From Candidatus Moraniibacteriota bacterium (GTDB lineage: Bacteria > Patescibacteriota > Minisyncoccia > Moranbacterales > DUUL01): a stretch of DNA of 64,000 nt. The notes beneath the pieces are model-generated. The model did not search any database. It was not told where the DNA came from and saw nothing but the letters and a program-made list of their open reading frames with translations. The stretch covers positions 5,797 to 69,796 of the forward strand of contig JALVDV010000007.1 of NCBI GenBank assembly GCA_027008775.1. The letters run 5' to 3'. A program made the translations under genes and the position numbers. Below, piece by piece: positions 63,568 through 64,000 of the stretch (its first letter is position 1; every line of letters begins with the position of its first letter).

Positions 63568-64000
63568 ATGAATAGAATAATTGAAACTTGCAAATTCGTT
63601 GTTGATAATTCTCAACATGTAAAAATAAACTCTGAAAAAGTTAATGAGTTTGTTAATTATTTTAATCATTCTCATATCAAACATTGGATTGATGAATCGC
63701 CATTTAATCTCAGAAAGTTAAACCCAAAAGATAGATTGCATTTTTTGCTCGTGTTTAACTCAATTAGTTTTTCTTATTGGGGCGACCCAAAATGGAAAAT
63801 AATTTATCATTCCAAAGAAGTTGATGGTGCTTATGGAATGATTTGTGCCATTGCCAGAGCAATAGAGAATAAGATTCCCATTTTGGACGCGAAATTTCTT
63901 TCTGAGATTAAAGAAGAAGAGCTTAGTAAAATCTTAGAGGGCAATGTTCAAATTCCTCTTTTTGAAGAAAGATTGAATATTTTACGAGAGATTGGAACAA
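63568..64000 (+). CDS. Queuosine salvage protein (DUF2419/QNG1-like), 3'-truncated
   Basis: Manual translation MNRIIETCKFVVDNSQHVKIN...FNSISFSYWGDPKW...DGAYGMICAIARAIENKIPILDAKFL...IPLFEERLNILREIG; absent from the ORF track because no stop falls in the window. Confidence 0.8.
   Translation, partial: MNRIIETCKFVVDNSQHVKINSEKVNEFVNYFNHSHIKHWIDESPFNLRKLNPKDRLHFLLVFNSISFSYWGDPKWKIIYHSKEVDGAYGMICAIARAIENKIPILDAKFLSEIKEEELSKILEGNVQIPLFEERLNILREIGT

Overview
A mostly housekeeping chromosomal segment, G-rich on the + strand throughout. Gene content and order point to a Patescibacteria/CPR (Parcubacteria-like) bacterium using genetic code 11; this taxonomy is inferred. It contains recG, tRNA-Arg(GCG), an ispH-ybeY fusion followed by a dgkA-family gene, argS, comF, clpC, a full type IV pilus cluster (pilMNO-pilB-pilT-pilC, Cys-rich pilins, pilD, minor pilins), murC, tsaE, two TraG/VirD4-like ATPases, mnmA, ligA-dnaG-rpoD-ftsA-ftsZ, rpsL-rpsG-fusA-tuf, the start of the dcw cluster, and a truncated queuosine-salvage (DUF2419/QNG1-like) gene. 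The most striking signals are non-coding. (1) There are three dispersed copies of a ~170-nt element (37339-37508 +, 42095-42262 +, 61916-62085 -) that fold into a 6S-RNA-like rod with a central bubble and show compensatory base changes. (2) There are two loci, 50 kb apart, each holding a pair of 30-bp near-perfect palindromes. A decayed IS1595-like transposase, hairpin inserts inside murC and a heptamer repeat tract inside an ORF were also seen. All calls come from reading the sequence by eye; no database searches were run.
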